Source: an uncultured Verrucomicrobiota bacterium (GTDB lineage Bacteria > Verrucomicrobiota > Verrucomicrobiia > Limisphaerales > UBA1319). Taken from it: 64,000 bases of DNA. The position numbers and the translations under genes are program-made. The DNA lies in contig CAIMWS010000526.1 of NCBI GenBank assembly GCA_903845125.1, positions 429 through 64,428 on the forward strand, in the 5' to 3' direction. Of this stretch, positions 1 through 10,100 are shown piece after piece (position 1 is the first letter of the stretch; each line of letters starts with the position of its first letter). Below the pieces are notes generated by a model, which saw only the letters and a list, made by a program, of their open reading frames with translations, ran no database searches and had not been told where the DNA came from.

Positions 1-323
1 GTGTCCATTTATTGGACACATTTGCCGGATGGAATAACGACATGATATGTCGTTGATCAGCCGTTTTGAATCAGTAAAAAATGCCCGTATCAATTGGGTT
101 CAAAGCCTGCCTTGAAAGTCGTTTGAGCCGAAACAGCCTCATTTTATTATTCATAAACTACTCAACTACAATATATTATGGATATACATTCGAGTGGGAA
201 AGGCTCCCACGGCAGGCGGGCTTGCTGAAGCCAAAAAAACGACTGGCCACAAATGGCGGTTTTAAAAGAACTCCTGGTGATCTGGATGGATCGGTTGGCA
301 TTCCCAATGCTTCACGAGACAGC

Positions 324-527
324 ATGACATTGGCAATATGCATAGTCGGCGGAGTCTGGGTAACTGTGGCGAGCGGCTTTTCCATGGCGCTGGCGCTGGC
401 AACTCGGAAACCGATGCCCCAATTTGGCGGCACGGAGGTGGATTCCACCGCTGAACAAACGATGTCTCACGAATCGGCGACACCAAGTTTTGCGGTGCTT
501 ACTCCGGCAGGAGCCCAGACGCACTAA
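324..527 (+). CDS. small hydrophobic protein (67 aa), paralog of 719..913, function unknown
   Basis: ATG at 324 inside ORF 81..527. The first 32 aa align without gaps to the 719..913 product, sharing G-F-S-x-A-L-A-x-A-x-x-x-P-M-P. Conserved residues use different codons (tcc vs agc for Ser, ggc vs gga for Gly, ccg vs cca for Pro). Confidence 0.35.
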   Translation: MTLAICIVGGVWVTVASGFSMALALATRKPMPQFGGTEVDSTAEQTMSHESATPSFAVLTPAGAQTH

Positions 528-612
528 TCGGTTATTATCTCCTCTAAAATCAGGGTCTAAAGGGACGGTTTCTTACTTCGGGACGGTTCTTTTGAATGGG
601 TTGGTCTTCGCG

Positions 613-639
613 ATTCGGAAATTCATTCGGAAATTCATT
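613..639. repeat. tandem 12-nt direct repeat attcggaaattc x2.25
   Basis: Read directly: attcggaaattc attcggaaattc att. It lies about 80 nt upstream of the ATG at 719. A second direct repeat, GGGACGGTT, occurs at 562..570 and 580..588. Confidence 0.8.
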
Positions 640-718
640 TGGTAACAAGGTGGCTGTGGTTTCTTATGGATTCACGGCTCAAGTATTCCCCATTTCTGCC
701 GATATTATCCAGTAGCGT

Positions 719-913
719 ATGATTACCACGGTTTATGTCATGATTGCGATTGGGATGCTGTCCGGGCTCGGATTCAGCCTCGCGCTGGCTGCGGCAGCCA
801 AATTCCCAATGCCGATCATGGCGCCGGACAATCAACCTTCCGGCATAAAGCGGACTCCATTAACGAGCAATTGGCGCCCAAGGGCCGGTTTGAAGATCAC
901 GGCCTCCCATTAA
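719..913 (+). CDS. small hydrophobic protein (64 aa), paralog of 324..527, function unknown
   Basis: ATG-initiated ORF. The N-terminal hydrophobic segment MITTVYVMIAIGMLSGLGFSLALAAAAKFPMP is collinear with the 324..527 product. Both products end in (T/S)-H. Confidence 0.35.
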   Translation: MITTVYVMIAIGMLSGLGFSLALAAAAKFPMPIMAPDNQPSGIKRTPLTSNWRPRAGLKITASH

Positions 914-1004
914 AACCGGTTAACGGCACTCAGCCAAAATGAGGTGAGCATTTCAGGGGATCTTATTCCTCTAATCCGGGAATGCCAGACATTCGAAAGC
1001 TACA

Positions 1005-2732
1005 TTAAAAAATGGCAAATTCTCCCAAGGGGACATTTTTGCGGACCAATTCAAAATTGCAGAGGCGGGCTTCGGGCAGGCCAGAAGGATCGACGACCAG
1101 GTGTTTATCGGCAGTCAGTGAGAGCAGAAGGTGATCCGGCTTGAGGTTGCCGTCGAGAAAACCAGCGGCGAGGAGTTTCCGGCGCGTCCCGTCAAGCAGT
1201 TCCACCAGAGTGGTTTCGGTAATCAGCTTGCGGTGGAGCGCCCATTCAGCATTGAGCGGGTAATGGGCCGGCGCAGAGGGTGAGGTGAATAATTCATCGG
1301 GGCCGTTCCAATAGCCCCAAATGGTAAGGTATTCGTGATCGGGGCGCAGGATGGGTTCGTTTTCAGAGGTGCGCAAGGATTGGAATTGTTCATACCGCCG
1401 CCGATCGACCGTTTCCGGCCGGGGACTGACTTGCTGACTGGTCATGTAGATGGCCCGAGGGTTGACTACCGGCAGGCCAGCGGCGGCCAATTCCCGGGTC
1501 CAGGCGAATTCCTCGAACGGGCTGTTGTAACCATGGTCCCGGATGGTTTCGGCCAGGGAACTGCGGTCAGTCCGTTGGGGGAACTCCCCCATGCGCGACA
1601 CTTTCCATACCAGGAGTATGTTGTCTTTGGTGCGGGTGCAATAGATCAGGCTGCCGCAAGACAGCCGGATATGGGGCGTGCGGCGCCAGCGTTCCGGCAG
1701 GAAATAATCAAACAGTTCCGCATCCCGGCCAGCCACCCACAGCCAGCCACCAGTGCTCTCCGCCCGGCCCACGAGGTAATCCACGCCCAGCAGATTAACC
1801 AGAGCCAGATGCGAAGGGATGGGCGGCAATTCGGCGCCCGGCGCCCGGCGCGTGATGTGCTGGAGGTAATGGCGGCGGTGGCGGAACCGCACATCCGCCT
1901 CATGGTCCGGGGTGCGGGTCATCAATTCATAATCCACCAACGCGCAGGCCACCCGCCCATCGCGGCCTTTCATCAGGGAACCGTCCGGCTTGAAACGCAC
2001 GATCACGTGCGCCGGTTTCATATCCATGACTTGGTAGCCTTTGGCTTCCAGCTCCCCGGTGACACGGTCGGTGTGCTCGCGCAGGAAAGCTTCCCGTTCG
2101 GACGATTTCAGCGCCAGGCGAGCAGCGGCTTGAACCAGGTCGTAACCCTTGATCCAGCCATAAATCACGATATATTGGCGTAGAATGTCCAATTCCACGC
2201 TGGGATGTTGCCTGAGCTTGGCGGCGATCTTATCCTGCGACCGGCCGGTTTGCCAAAGCTGCAGGCGTTGGGCGGGCACATAAATGGCCAAAGGCTTTTG
2301 CGCGAGGATGCGGATCTGGCGCGATCCATAGGCTCCACTGCGCATCTCCATCACCAGGGAAAATTCCTCAAATGGGCTGTTAAATTCTGCGTTGACGAAC
2401 TGATCCAGCGTCACCGTATCGACGGGCACATCCTCCCCTATCCGGGACCACTTGACCACGAGATCCAAGCTGGCATCCCGCACCGGCTGGGTGGGCACTT
2501 TATACACGGTGGCAGTGCCCACGAGGCGCTCGCGCTTCTGCTCGAACCACTCCCGGTTGAACCAGTTATCAGGTCGCAAATGCTCCCAAAACGAAGCCCC
2601 ATACGCAGTGAGAAAGAGGTCGCCGCCGTCGGTTGTCTTCAGATGCGTATAGGCCACCCCCAGCAAAACCACCGGGGTGCCCTGGGACAAGCTAGCGAAA
2701 TTCAGCGAGCCGGTTAGCAAGGAATTTTTCAT
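1005..2732 (-). CDS. tandem protein-kinase-like protein (active-looking module plus degenerate module)
   Basis: 575-aa ORF with an internal duplication. Paired segments are VVKWSRIGE..NSPFEEFSL vs LVWKVSRMGE..NSPFEEFAW, YIVIYGWIKGYDL vs YLTIWGYWNGPDEL, MDMKPAHVIV vs GNLKPDHLLL, and LVDYELM vs LCNFELV. The K-P-x-H and D-Y-E motifs resemble the catalytic loop and DFG of Kdo/WaaP/RIO-type kinases. The start overlaps the upstream gene by 41 nt; GTG at 2672 is an alternative start. Confidence 0.6.
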   Translation of the reverse strand: MKNSLLTGSLNFASLSQGTPVVLLGVAYTHLKTTDGGDLFLTAYGASFWEHLRPDNWFNREWFEQKRERLVGTATVYKVPTQPVRDASLDLVVKWSRIGEDVPVDTVTLDQFVNAEFNSPFEEFSLVMEMRSGAYGSRQIRILAQKPLAIYVPAQRLQLWQTGRSQDKIAAKLRQHPSVELDILRQYIVIYGWIKGYDLVQAAARLALKSSEREAFLREHTDRVTGELEAKGYQVMDMKPAHVIVRFKPDGSLMKGRDGRVACALVDYELMTRTPDHEADVRFRHRRHYLQHITRRAPGAELPPIPSHLALVNLLGVDYLVGRAESTGGWLWVAGRDAELFDYFLPERWRRTPHIRLSCGSLIYCTRTKDNILLVWKVSRMGEFPQRTDRSSLAETIRDHGYNSPFEEFAWTRELAAAGLPVVNPRAIYMTSQQVSPRPETVDRRRYEQFQSLRTSENEPILRPDHEYLTIWGYWNGPDELFTSPSAPAHYPLNAEWALHRKLITETTLVELLDGTRRKLLAAGFLDGNLKPDHLLLSLTADKHLVVDPSGLPEARLCNFELVRKNVPLGEFAIF

Positions 2733-3678
2733 AAGCGGACTGGTCGAGCCAACGGGTGGCGGTGTGCATCACCTTGGCCCCGGGATCAAGGCGTGTGAAA
2801 CCGGCGTTGTCCACCCGGATTCCCAAGTCCTCCATTTTCAGCCAGCGCTGCGAAAAAGCCAGGTAAACGGCCACCGTATCGAACAGCGTGGAGCTATGTG
2901 TTTGGGCAATGTTTAAATTGCTGCGCTGGGCGGCCAGCCAGGCGCGATAATTTTCCATGATGGCCACCGCTACGGGATTTTGGGCATCGCGAACTTGTCG
3001 ATAAGCCTCGCCTTTGAGCGACACCAGCCCGCAGGTATCCAGCGGGGTGATGGTGATATCCCACACGGCGGACAAGACCTTCTGGCAGGCTTTGGCATCC
3101 TCCTTCACATTGTATTCGGCGGCCACGTTGGAGCTGCCATCGTACCCCACCCGCACGCTGCCGTGCATGCCCACCAAACGGGCTTTGGCGGCTATTTTGG
3201 GTTCGCGCTCCAAGGCGACCGCGAGGTTGGGCAGAGGGCCGATGGCGATCACCGTGACCGGCTCTGACGATTGCATAATGAGGTCAATCATCGCCCGCAC
3301 CCCATCCGGGTGGACCTTGCCCGGATAGGATTTCAGATCGTAGCCTTTGATCCATTCTGCTTGGGCGCCTTCGCCTTTGGCGTTGATTTCGAGTCCGATC
3401 CCCACCGGGACGTCCGTCCTTCCGGCCCGTTCCAGGAACTTGGCCAGCAACCGCGCACGGTATTGGGCTTTTCCCTGGTCGCCCACGACGAGTTTTAGAT
3501 CCAGTTCGGGGCTCTTGAGCAGCAAGCCGAGTGCCCAGGTATCGTCGATATCATCGCCGATATCGGTATCGAGAATCACCGGGATTCTGGCGCGGGGCGG
3601 CTCCCCGGCCGCGGTTGGGCCGGGATGCAGGATGATCAAGGCGGTGAGGAAAGCGGTAAAAATGGTGATCCTTTTCAT
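2692..3678 (-). CDS. nucleoside hydrolase (inosine-uridine preferring family), secreted
   Basis: ILDTDIGDDIDDTWALGLLL matches the N-terminal Asp cluster of IU-nucleoside hydrolases. I moved the start to ATG 3678 (MKRITIFTAFLTALIILHPGPTAAG, signal-peptide-like), which removes the overlap with gmd. Confidence 0.85.
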   Translation of the reverse strand: MKRITIFTAFLTALIILHPGPTAAGEPPRARIPVILDTDIGDDIDDTWALGLLLKSPELDLKLVVGDQGKAQYRARLLAKFLERAGRTDVPVGIGLEINAKGEGAQAEWIKGYDLKSYPGKVHPDGVRAMIDLIMQSSEPVTVIAIGPLPNLAVALEREPKIAAKARLVGMHGSVRVGYDGSSNVAAEYNVKEDAKACQKVLSAVWDITITPLDTCGLVSLKGEAYRQVRDAQNPVAVAIMENYRAWLAAQRSNLNIAQTHSSTLFDTVAVYLAFSQRWLKMEDLGIRVDNAGFTRLDPGAKVMHTATRWLDQSAYEKFLANRLAEFR

Positions 3679-3763
3679 TGGGCACCATCTTACCCAGTAA
3701 TAAAAGATTTTCAACGCCGGTGTTCTCGGGCAAATTCGGCGGTCGTAAAATGGTTTGAACATT

Positions 3764-4771
3764 ATGGTCAAGAAAGCGCTAATCACAGGCATCACCGGGC
3801 AGGATGGTTCATACTTGGCGGAGTTGCTATTGTCCAAAGGCTACGAAGTGCACGGCCTGATCCGCCGGGCCAGTTCGTTCAACACCTCGCGGATCGATCA
3901 TCTTCTGCAGGGTTCGGACGCCGGCCAGGACCGGCTGAAGCTGCATTTCGGGGATCTGGCCGACACGGCGGCTTTGGCGCATCTGGTTGCCAGCATCCAT
4001 CCGGATGAAGTTTACAACCTCGCGGCCCAGAGCCATGTGCGGGTGAGTTTCGACAGCCCGGAATACACAGTGGACGTCACGGCCACCGGAGTGACGCGCC
4101 TTTTAGAGGCTATCCGGCTGGCGGGCCTGAAGCCCCGCTTTTACCAGGCATCGTCCAGCGAAATGTATGGCAAGGTGCAAGAAATCCCGCAGACGGAGCT
4201 GACCCCGTTCCACCCGCGCAGCCCGTATGCCTGCGCCAAGGTGTTCGGGTATTGGATCACGGTCAATTACCGGGAATCCTACGGATTGCATGCCAGCAAC
4301 GGCATCTTGTTCAACCACGAATCGCCGCGGCGCGGGGAAACGTTTGTCACCCGCAAAATCACCCGGGCGGTGGCGCGCATCAAGGCCGGGCTGCAGGACA
4401 AGCTGTTCATGGGCAACCTGGACGCCCGGCGGGATTGGGGCTACGCGCCGGAATTTGTGGAAGCCATGTGGCTGATGCTCCAGCAGGATGAGCCGGGGGA
4501 TTATGTGATCGCGACCCACCAAACCCATTCCGTGCGCGATTTCCTGGAAATGGCTTTCGACCGCGTTGAGCTGGACTGGCGAAAATACGTGGAGGTGGAT
4601 TCCCGGAATTTCCGGCCGGCCGAGGTGGATGTGCTGACCGGCGATTACTCCAAAGCCCGCCAGCGGCTGGCCTGGGAGCCAAAAACCAAACTGCCCGAAC
4701 TCGTGCGGCTGATGGTGGATGCCGACCTGGAGCTTTTGAAAAACCCTGCTTATTGCCACCGGGTCTTTTAG
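3764..4771 (+). CDS. gmd: GDP-mannose 4,6-dehydratase
   Basis: [17 protein letters not shown] Rossmann motif, SSSEMYG, YACAK (YxxxK) and [17 protein letters not shown], all hallmarks of Gmd. ATG at 3764 is preferred over TTG at 3755. Confidence 0.95.
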   Translation: MVKKALITGITGQDGSYLAELLLSKGYEVHGLIRRASSFNTSRIDHLLQGSDAGQDRLKLHFGDLADTAALAHLVASIHPDEVYNLAAQSHVRVSFDSPEYTVDVTATGVTRLLEAIRLAGLKPRFYQASSSEMYGKVQEIPQTELTPFHPRSPYACAKVFGYWITVNYRESYGLHASNGILFNHESPRRGETFVTRKITRAVARIKAGLQDKLFMGNLDARRDWGYAPEFVEAMWLMLQQDEPGDYVIATHQTHSVRDFLEMAFDRVELDWRKYVEVDSRNFRPAEVDVLTGDYSKARQRLAWEPKTKLPELVRLMVDADLELLKNPAYCHRVF

Positions 4772-4799
4772 TGGGGCGCCGCTCCCGAAAGGATTAGGC

Positions 4800-5783
4800 A
4801 TGCCTCGCGCATTCATCACCGGCATCACGGGCCAGGATGGCTCATACCTGGCTGAGTTCCTGCTGGAGCGGGGCTACGAGGTCCACGGCCTCGTGCGCCA
4901 CACCAGCCGGCTGGAAACCGGCTGGCTGGCCCCGTTGACTGGCGATGCCGGGATATGGGGGCGCCGGCTGGTGGCGCATTATGGAAGCTTGGACGACCTG
5001 GCGCCCTTGCAGAAAGCCCTGGCCGCAGCACCGCCGGATGAATTTTACCACCTGGCCGGCCAAAGCCATGTGGGGCGGAGCCTGGAAATCCCGGAAGCCA
5101 CTTGCGAAACAACCGGCATGGCGACGGTGCGCCTGCTGGAGATCCTGCGCGGATTGCCCCGGCCACCGCGGGTATTCCATGCCTCCTCCAGTGAGATATT
5201 CGGCCAGCCCGCCACCTCGCCTCAGGACGAAGATACCCCCCTGACACCGGTGAATCCCTATGGCTGTGCCAAAGCCTTTGCCACCCAGATGACCGGGATT
5301 TACCGGCGTATTTACGGACTGTTCGCCTGCAACGGCATTTTTTTCAACCATGAATCCCCGCGGCGGGGCGAGAATTTTGTCACGCGCAAAATCTGCCGGG
5401 CCGCCGCCGCCATCAAAGTCGGACGGCAAAAAGAATTGATCCTCGGCGACACCTCCGCCCGGCGGGATTGGGGACATGCGCGGGATTACGTGCGCGGCGC
5501 ATGGCTGGCCCTGCAACGGGCCGAAGCGGACGATTACGTGTTTGCCACCGGGGTGCTGCACACGGTGGCGGACGTAGTGGAACAAGCCTTCGCCGCCGTG
5601 CAACTGGACTGGCGCGATTATGTCAAACAGGATGCGGGCCTTTTCCGCTGCGTGGAACCCGCCGAGCGGGTGGGTTCATTTGCCAAAGCCAGGCGCCTGT
5701 TGGATTGGGAGCCGCAGATCCCGTTCGCCGACCTGATCCGGGAAATGGTCCAGTCAGAACTGGCGTGGTCCGCCAAACGGTAG
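4800..5783 (+). CDS. GDP-mannose 4,6-dehydratase paralog (second tandem copy)
   Basis: [29 protein letters not shown] and [16 protein letters not shown]. It is Gmd-type rather than Fcl- or Rmd-type. It lies 28 nt downstream of gmd. Confidence 0.85.
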   Translation: MPRAFITGITGQDGSYLAEFLLERGYEVHGLVRHTSRLETGWLAPLTGDAGIWGRRLVAHYGSLDDLAPLQKALAAAPPDEFYHLAGQSHVGRSLEIPEATCETTGMATVRLLEILRGLPRPPRVFHASSSEIFGQPATSPQDEDTPLTPVNPYGCAKAFATQMTGIYRRIYGLFACNGIFFNHESPRRGENFVTRKICRAAAAIKVGRQKELILGDTSARRDWGHARDYVRGAWLALQRAEADDYVFATGVLHTVADVVEQAFAAVQLDWRDYVKQDAGLFRCVEPAERVGSFAKARRLLDWEPQIPFADLIREMVQSELAWSAKR

Positions 5784-5819
5784 AACGGCTCCCGCTCGGG
5801 CCTTCCGGCCAGGGGTGAA

Positions 5820-6686
5820 TCACTTCCCGCCAGCGGCCATGTCCGGCTTGAAGAGGCCCAGCACGGCGCCCTGCGGATCCTTCATGATGGCAATGCGGCC
5901 CACAGTGGGGATGTCGAACGCAGGGCTGATCACCTGCCCCCCCAGGGCGGACACTTTTTGGACCAGGGCATCGACATCGGTTACATGCACGTAAGCCAGC
6001 CAGTGCGGGGGCACATCGGACATGGGGCAGGCCATCATGCCGCCGACATCCTGATTTTTCATTTTAAACACGGTGTAATGGCCGATGGGTGGCGGGCCAC
6101 TCACCGCCTGCCAGCCCAGCAACTGGGTGTAGAAAGCGCCAGCGGCGGGGACATCGTTGGTCAGCAATTCGTTCCAGCAAATGTGGCCCAGGCCGAATTT
6201 TGCGGGCGGCTCCCCCACTCCCAGGTGGCACTGCAATTTGTCGAGGCAACCGTTCCAGCCAATGGTGTGATGATCGCGCGCCTCGGCATTGGGCAACAGT
6301 TCGTGGGTGAGGTGGATATCGGTGCCGCCCTCCACCGCCAGCAAGTCCACCGCCACAGTAGAGGGGCCAAATTCCAGCTGCGGATTGCCCGCCCATTGCC
6401 AGGTGAAAACCAGGCGGGAAGGGCGGGTCAATTCGCGGTATTGGCCGTGGACCTCAACCTCTCCGACCACCTCACTGCTGACGCGCAGCCGGTATTTCCC
6501 TCCCACCTGGGCCTGGACACTGGCGGAGGTGATGCGGCAGGTGGCCGGCCCAAACCATTTGGGGAGTTCATCGGCGCTGGTCCAGGCGGCAAAAATGCGC
6601 TCGGGGGGCGCTTTGACAAATCGTTTTACGACCAGGGTGTTGGCTGGGAGGGTTGCTGAATCACACATATTGTTCTCTTGGATCAT
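5820..6686 (-). CDS. SRPBCC (AHSA1-like) domain fused to a VOC/glyoxalase-fold domain
   Basis: The N-terminal half (LVVKRFVKAPPERIFAAWTSADELPKWFGP) is typical of the SRPBCC/Aha1 family. The C-terminal half (ICWNELLTNDVPAAGAFYTQLLGW...AIMKDPQGAVLGLFKP) is typical of VOC proteins. The start is trimmed to ATG 6686, or possibly 6668. Confidence 0.8.
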   Translation of the reverse strand: MIQENNMCDSATLPANTLVVKRFVKAPPERIFAAWTSADELPKWFGPATCRITSASVQAQVGGKYRLRVSSEVVGEVEVHGQYRELTRPSRLVFTWQWAGNPQLEFGPSTVAVDLLAVEGGTDIHLTHELLPNAEARDHHTIGWNGCLDKLQCHLGVGEPPAKFGLGHICWNELLTNDVPAAGAFYTQLLGWQAVSGPPPIGHYTVFKMKNQDVGGMMACPMSDVPPHWLAYVHVTDVDALVQKVSALGGQVISPAFDIPTVGRIAIMKDPQGAVLGLFKPDMAAGGK

Positions 6687-7161
6687 GGTTGTTTTAAAAA
6701 AGCCGCTGAACCAAACGGCCCGCGGCCCGGCTCCGCCAGGATCGCCCATGCTTATAGGAGGCAGCATCCTGTATCCAAGACACCTAAACCACTTCCGCCA
6801 AAACGCAAATATTGGCGAAGCTGCCAGGGGCTGGAAATCTGGCCGCGGGCAATTCCAGGCCGGCGACCGGGAGTGGCCAGCCAATCTGGCCGGGCCGGAG
6901 GACCTGCCAGAAAAAAAGCCCCGAACCGCTCACTCAAGCGGCCGGGACGGTTTTGGTGTCAATTGGCGGTGCTTACCCTAACGGCATCCCGATTCCACGC
7001 AACCCATAGTTATAAATACTTTTCCCAAACATAATTTTCCCGAATAGAACCCGGCCTAAAAAAGCCAGCGGAGCAGCCAGAGTTATCGGCCGTGCTGGAT
7101 CTGCCCGGACCGGGCGGGAGTTTCAACTTGTATCCCGGATGGGTTGGTTTACCTTGGCCAT

Positions 7162-10100
7162 ATGTTCAGCCAACCGAGACATTTTGACCGGCCACAAATC
7201 ATATTCCCACCGGCCATCCCCGGCTTTGTCCTGAAGCCAAAACCGAAAAAAAACAACCTGGGCACGGGAAAGGCCATCTTTCGATTATGCAGGCTCTTTC
7301 CGCTGGTGTTGCTGGCGTTCGGATGGGCCACCGGGGCCGCACCCGCGCCAAGTTCAGGCCCGGCGCCGGGCACCCCAGTCACCCGCGCGCTGGCCCCGGA
7401 TGAAGCACGGCAGCGGATGGAGAAAGACTGGTTGTTCCAAGCCATGGGCGAGCCGCTGTTGCCAAGGACAATCAAGGAAATCGGCTGGAGCCGCGACCTG
7501 GTCCGGCGGCTGTCTCTCGCCCGGGCGGATTCCGCCTGGAAAGGTTTCCTGCGGGAACTGGAAGGCCTGGAGCAGCAAGCGGCCGCCCTGGCCGGCAAGC
7601 CGGCCGCCGGACGGGTGGCAATCCCAACCCAGGTGACGCCGAGCTGGATCTGGTTTCCGGAAGGCCAGCCCGCTCAGGATGCTCCCGCCGCCGCCCGGTT
7701 TTTCCGGTGCCAATTTGAAATCCCCGGGGAGGTCCGCTCCGCGGAGCTGCGCCTGGCAGCAGACGACATGGGCGAAGCTTTCCTCAATGGTACCCGGGTG
7801 GGTTTGCAGGAAACCTGGCAGCGGGCGGCGGTCTTCCCCGCCGGCGGATTAGTACGCTCCGGCCGCAATGTGCTGGCCGTGCGGGCGGAGAACCGGCCCG
7901 CGCCCAGCAAAAACCCGGCTGGCCTGATCGTCCGGCTGACGGTGAAGCTGGCCGGAGGCGGCCTGCTGGATTTTGTATCCGGAACCAACTGGCGGGCGGA
8001 AAAGGTGGAAATCCCCCAGTGGCAGGAGCCTGGTTTCGATGATGCCGCGTGGTCGCCAGCGGCCATCGCCGCCCCTTTCGGCGCGGGACCTTGGGGAAAA
8101 ATCGCCGGGTTGCAGGGGCCCGTCTTCGAGGACGATCCCGAGAGTTTCTATGCCGAGACCACCCCGGCGGTGCGGGACCTTTATTTTACCGTGAACCGCC
8201 TCAAGCGGGAGATCATGATGAAAAATCCGGCCCTGAATTTCAGCCAGATCCTGTTGATCGACCAACCGCTCCCGCAAGGGCCTGAATCCCTCCATGAGGC
8301 CATCCACCGGATGGGCATCATGGCGGTGCCTGGCGGGAGGCTGCTGGTGCTGGACGGCCTGCATCCAGGCGGGCAGGTGCGCCAGCTGGCGCCGGAGAAG
8401 CCGGGCAGTTTTTGGCGGCCGGACCTCTCCTTCGACACGCGCCGGGTGGTGTTCTGCTTCAAGCCGCACGATGAAAAGAGTTTCCACCTTTACGAGCTGA
8501 ACCTGGATGGCACCGGGCTGAAACAACTCACGGATAGCGAGTATGACGACATCGACCCGATCTACCTGCCCGACGGCCATATCCTGTTCACCACCACCCG
8601 GGGCAACTCTTACGTGCGCTGCGGCCCGTTCATCTACTCTTATATCCTGGCCCGCTGCGACGCCGATGGCAGCAATGTTTACCTGGTCAGCTACAACGGG
8701 GAGCCGGATTTTGTCCCCTCGCTGCTGGCGGATGGCCGCGTGATCTACTCGCGCTGGGAATATTCGGACAAGCCGCTCTGGCGTTTGCAGAAGCTGTGGA
8801 CCACCCGCCAGGATGGCACCGGCACGGCCCATTTCTGGGGCAACCAATCCGTCTGGCCCGACCACTTGTCCGAGCCCCGGCAGATACCCGGCAGCCGCCG
8901 GGTGATGTTCTCGGGCGTGGGGCACCACGATTGGTGGTCCGGGTCCATCGGAATTGTGGATCCGGATCAGGGCCGGGATTTCCCGCACGGACTGACCAAG
9001 GTCACCGCCGACCTGCCCTGGCCGGAAGTAACCCAGCCCCCGCAAGATCCCAGGGAGTCCGCCGATTACCACGCCTCCGGTAAATTCACCGGGTATAAAA
9101 CAGCTTACCCCCTGTCGGCGGAAGATTTCCTGGTTTCAGCCCGCGGCTCGGGTAACAAATTCCGGCTCTACCTGATGGATGTGCACGGGAACCGGACGCT
9201 GGTTTACGATGGCGCCTACAACACCTGGCACGCCCTGCCGGTGGTGGCCCGGGCCACGCCTCCCGTGCAGCCGGATCGCGTGGCCTGGCCGGGCACCGGC
9301 AAAAACCGCAAGCCGGTGGAGCCGGGCGTGTTCTACAGCGGGGACATCTGCCAGGGCGTGCCCGACCTGCCGCGGGAGCGCGTGAAGTATCTGCGGGTTT
9401 TCCAGCTGGACTACAAGACCTATTCCACCTGGAACAAAAGCTACCGGCATTCCGGCCCGGCGGTTTCCATCGTGCAGGAGGAGGGGGTAAAGCGGATCCT
9501 GTCGGAGGTGCCGGTGGAGGCTGATGGCTCGGTCTATTTCAAAGCCCCGGCGGGGCGGGCGCTATTTTTCCAGCTCCTGGACGCGGACCGGCGCTGCCTG
9601 CAGACCATGCGCAGTTTCACGGGGCTCCTGCCCGGCGAGCAGCGTGGCTGCGTGGGCTGCCACGAGATGCACAGCACCGCCCCGTCGCCCGCGGCGGGCC
9701 TGGCCTTGCGCCGCCCCCCCACCGAGCTATCGCCGCCGCCCTGGGGCGAGGAGAGCATCAGTTATGAACGCTTCGCACAGCCGGTTCTGGACCGGTATTG
9801 CATCAGCTGCCACCGGAGCCAGGCCGGGGAATCGGCGGAGCCGAACCTCGTGCTGCGGCCAGGGGTGAATGTGTTCAAGGAACCGTACCTCACTTTAGTG
9901 GGCCACGCTGGCTGGGGCAACCCGGTGGGCAAAGGGCGGCCAGGTTATGGCATCGCCGGGGCGATCCCGGTGGAAAGCGCCTACGACCAGAATGATCCCA
10001 AGGCCTTGGTTACGCTGCGACCTCTGCAATACCTGGCGGGCGCCAGCCACCTGGTGGACCTGGCGGCCAGCGGAAAGCACCACGGGGTGAAGGCGGATCC

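Noticed and set aside
1-54. Two perfect hairpins at the window edge: GTGTCCA-tttat-TGGACAC (1..19) and AACGACAT-gat-ATGTCGTT (36..54).
   Set aside because: The structures are real, but the upstream gene is outside the window and no T-tract follows. I cannot decide between terminator, operator or chance in A+T-rich DNA.
81-323. Upstream in-frame extension of the first small peptide (ORF 81..527).
   Set aside because: The A+T-rich region has odd composition (LILLFINYSTTIYYGYTF), and similarity to the paralog starts only at the ATG at 324. A longer product cannot be fully excluded.
3679-3837. N-terminal extension of the nucleoside hydrolase ORF that overlaps the gmd start.
   Set aside because: The internal ATG at 3678 gives a canonical signal peptide and removes the divergent overlap. 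The extension has no coding-like features.
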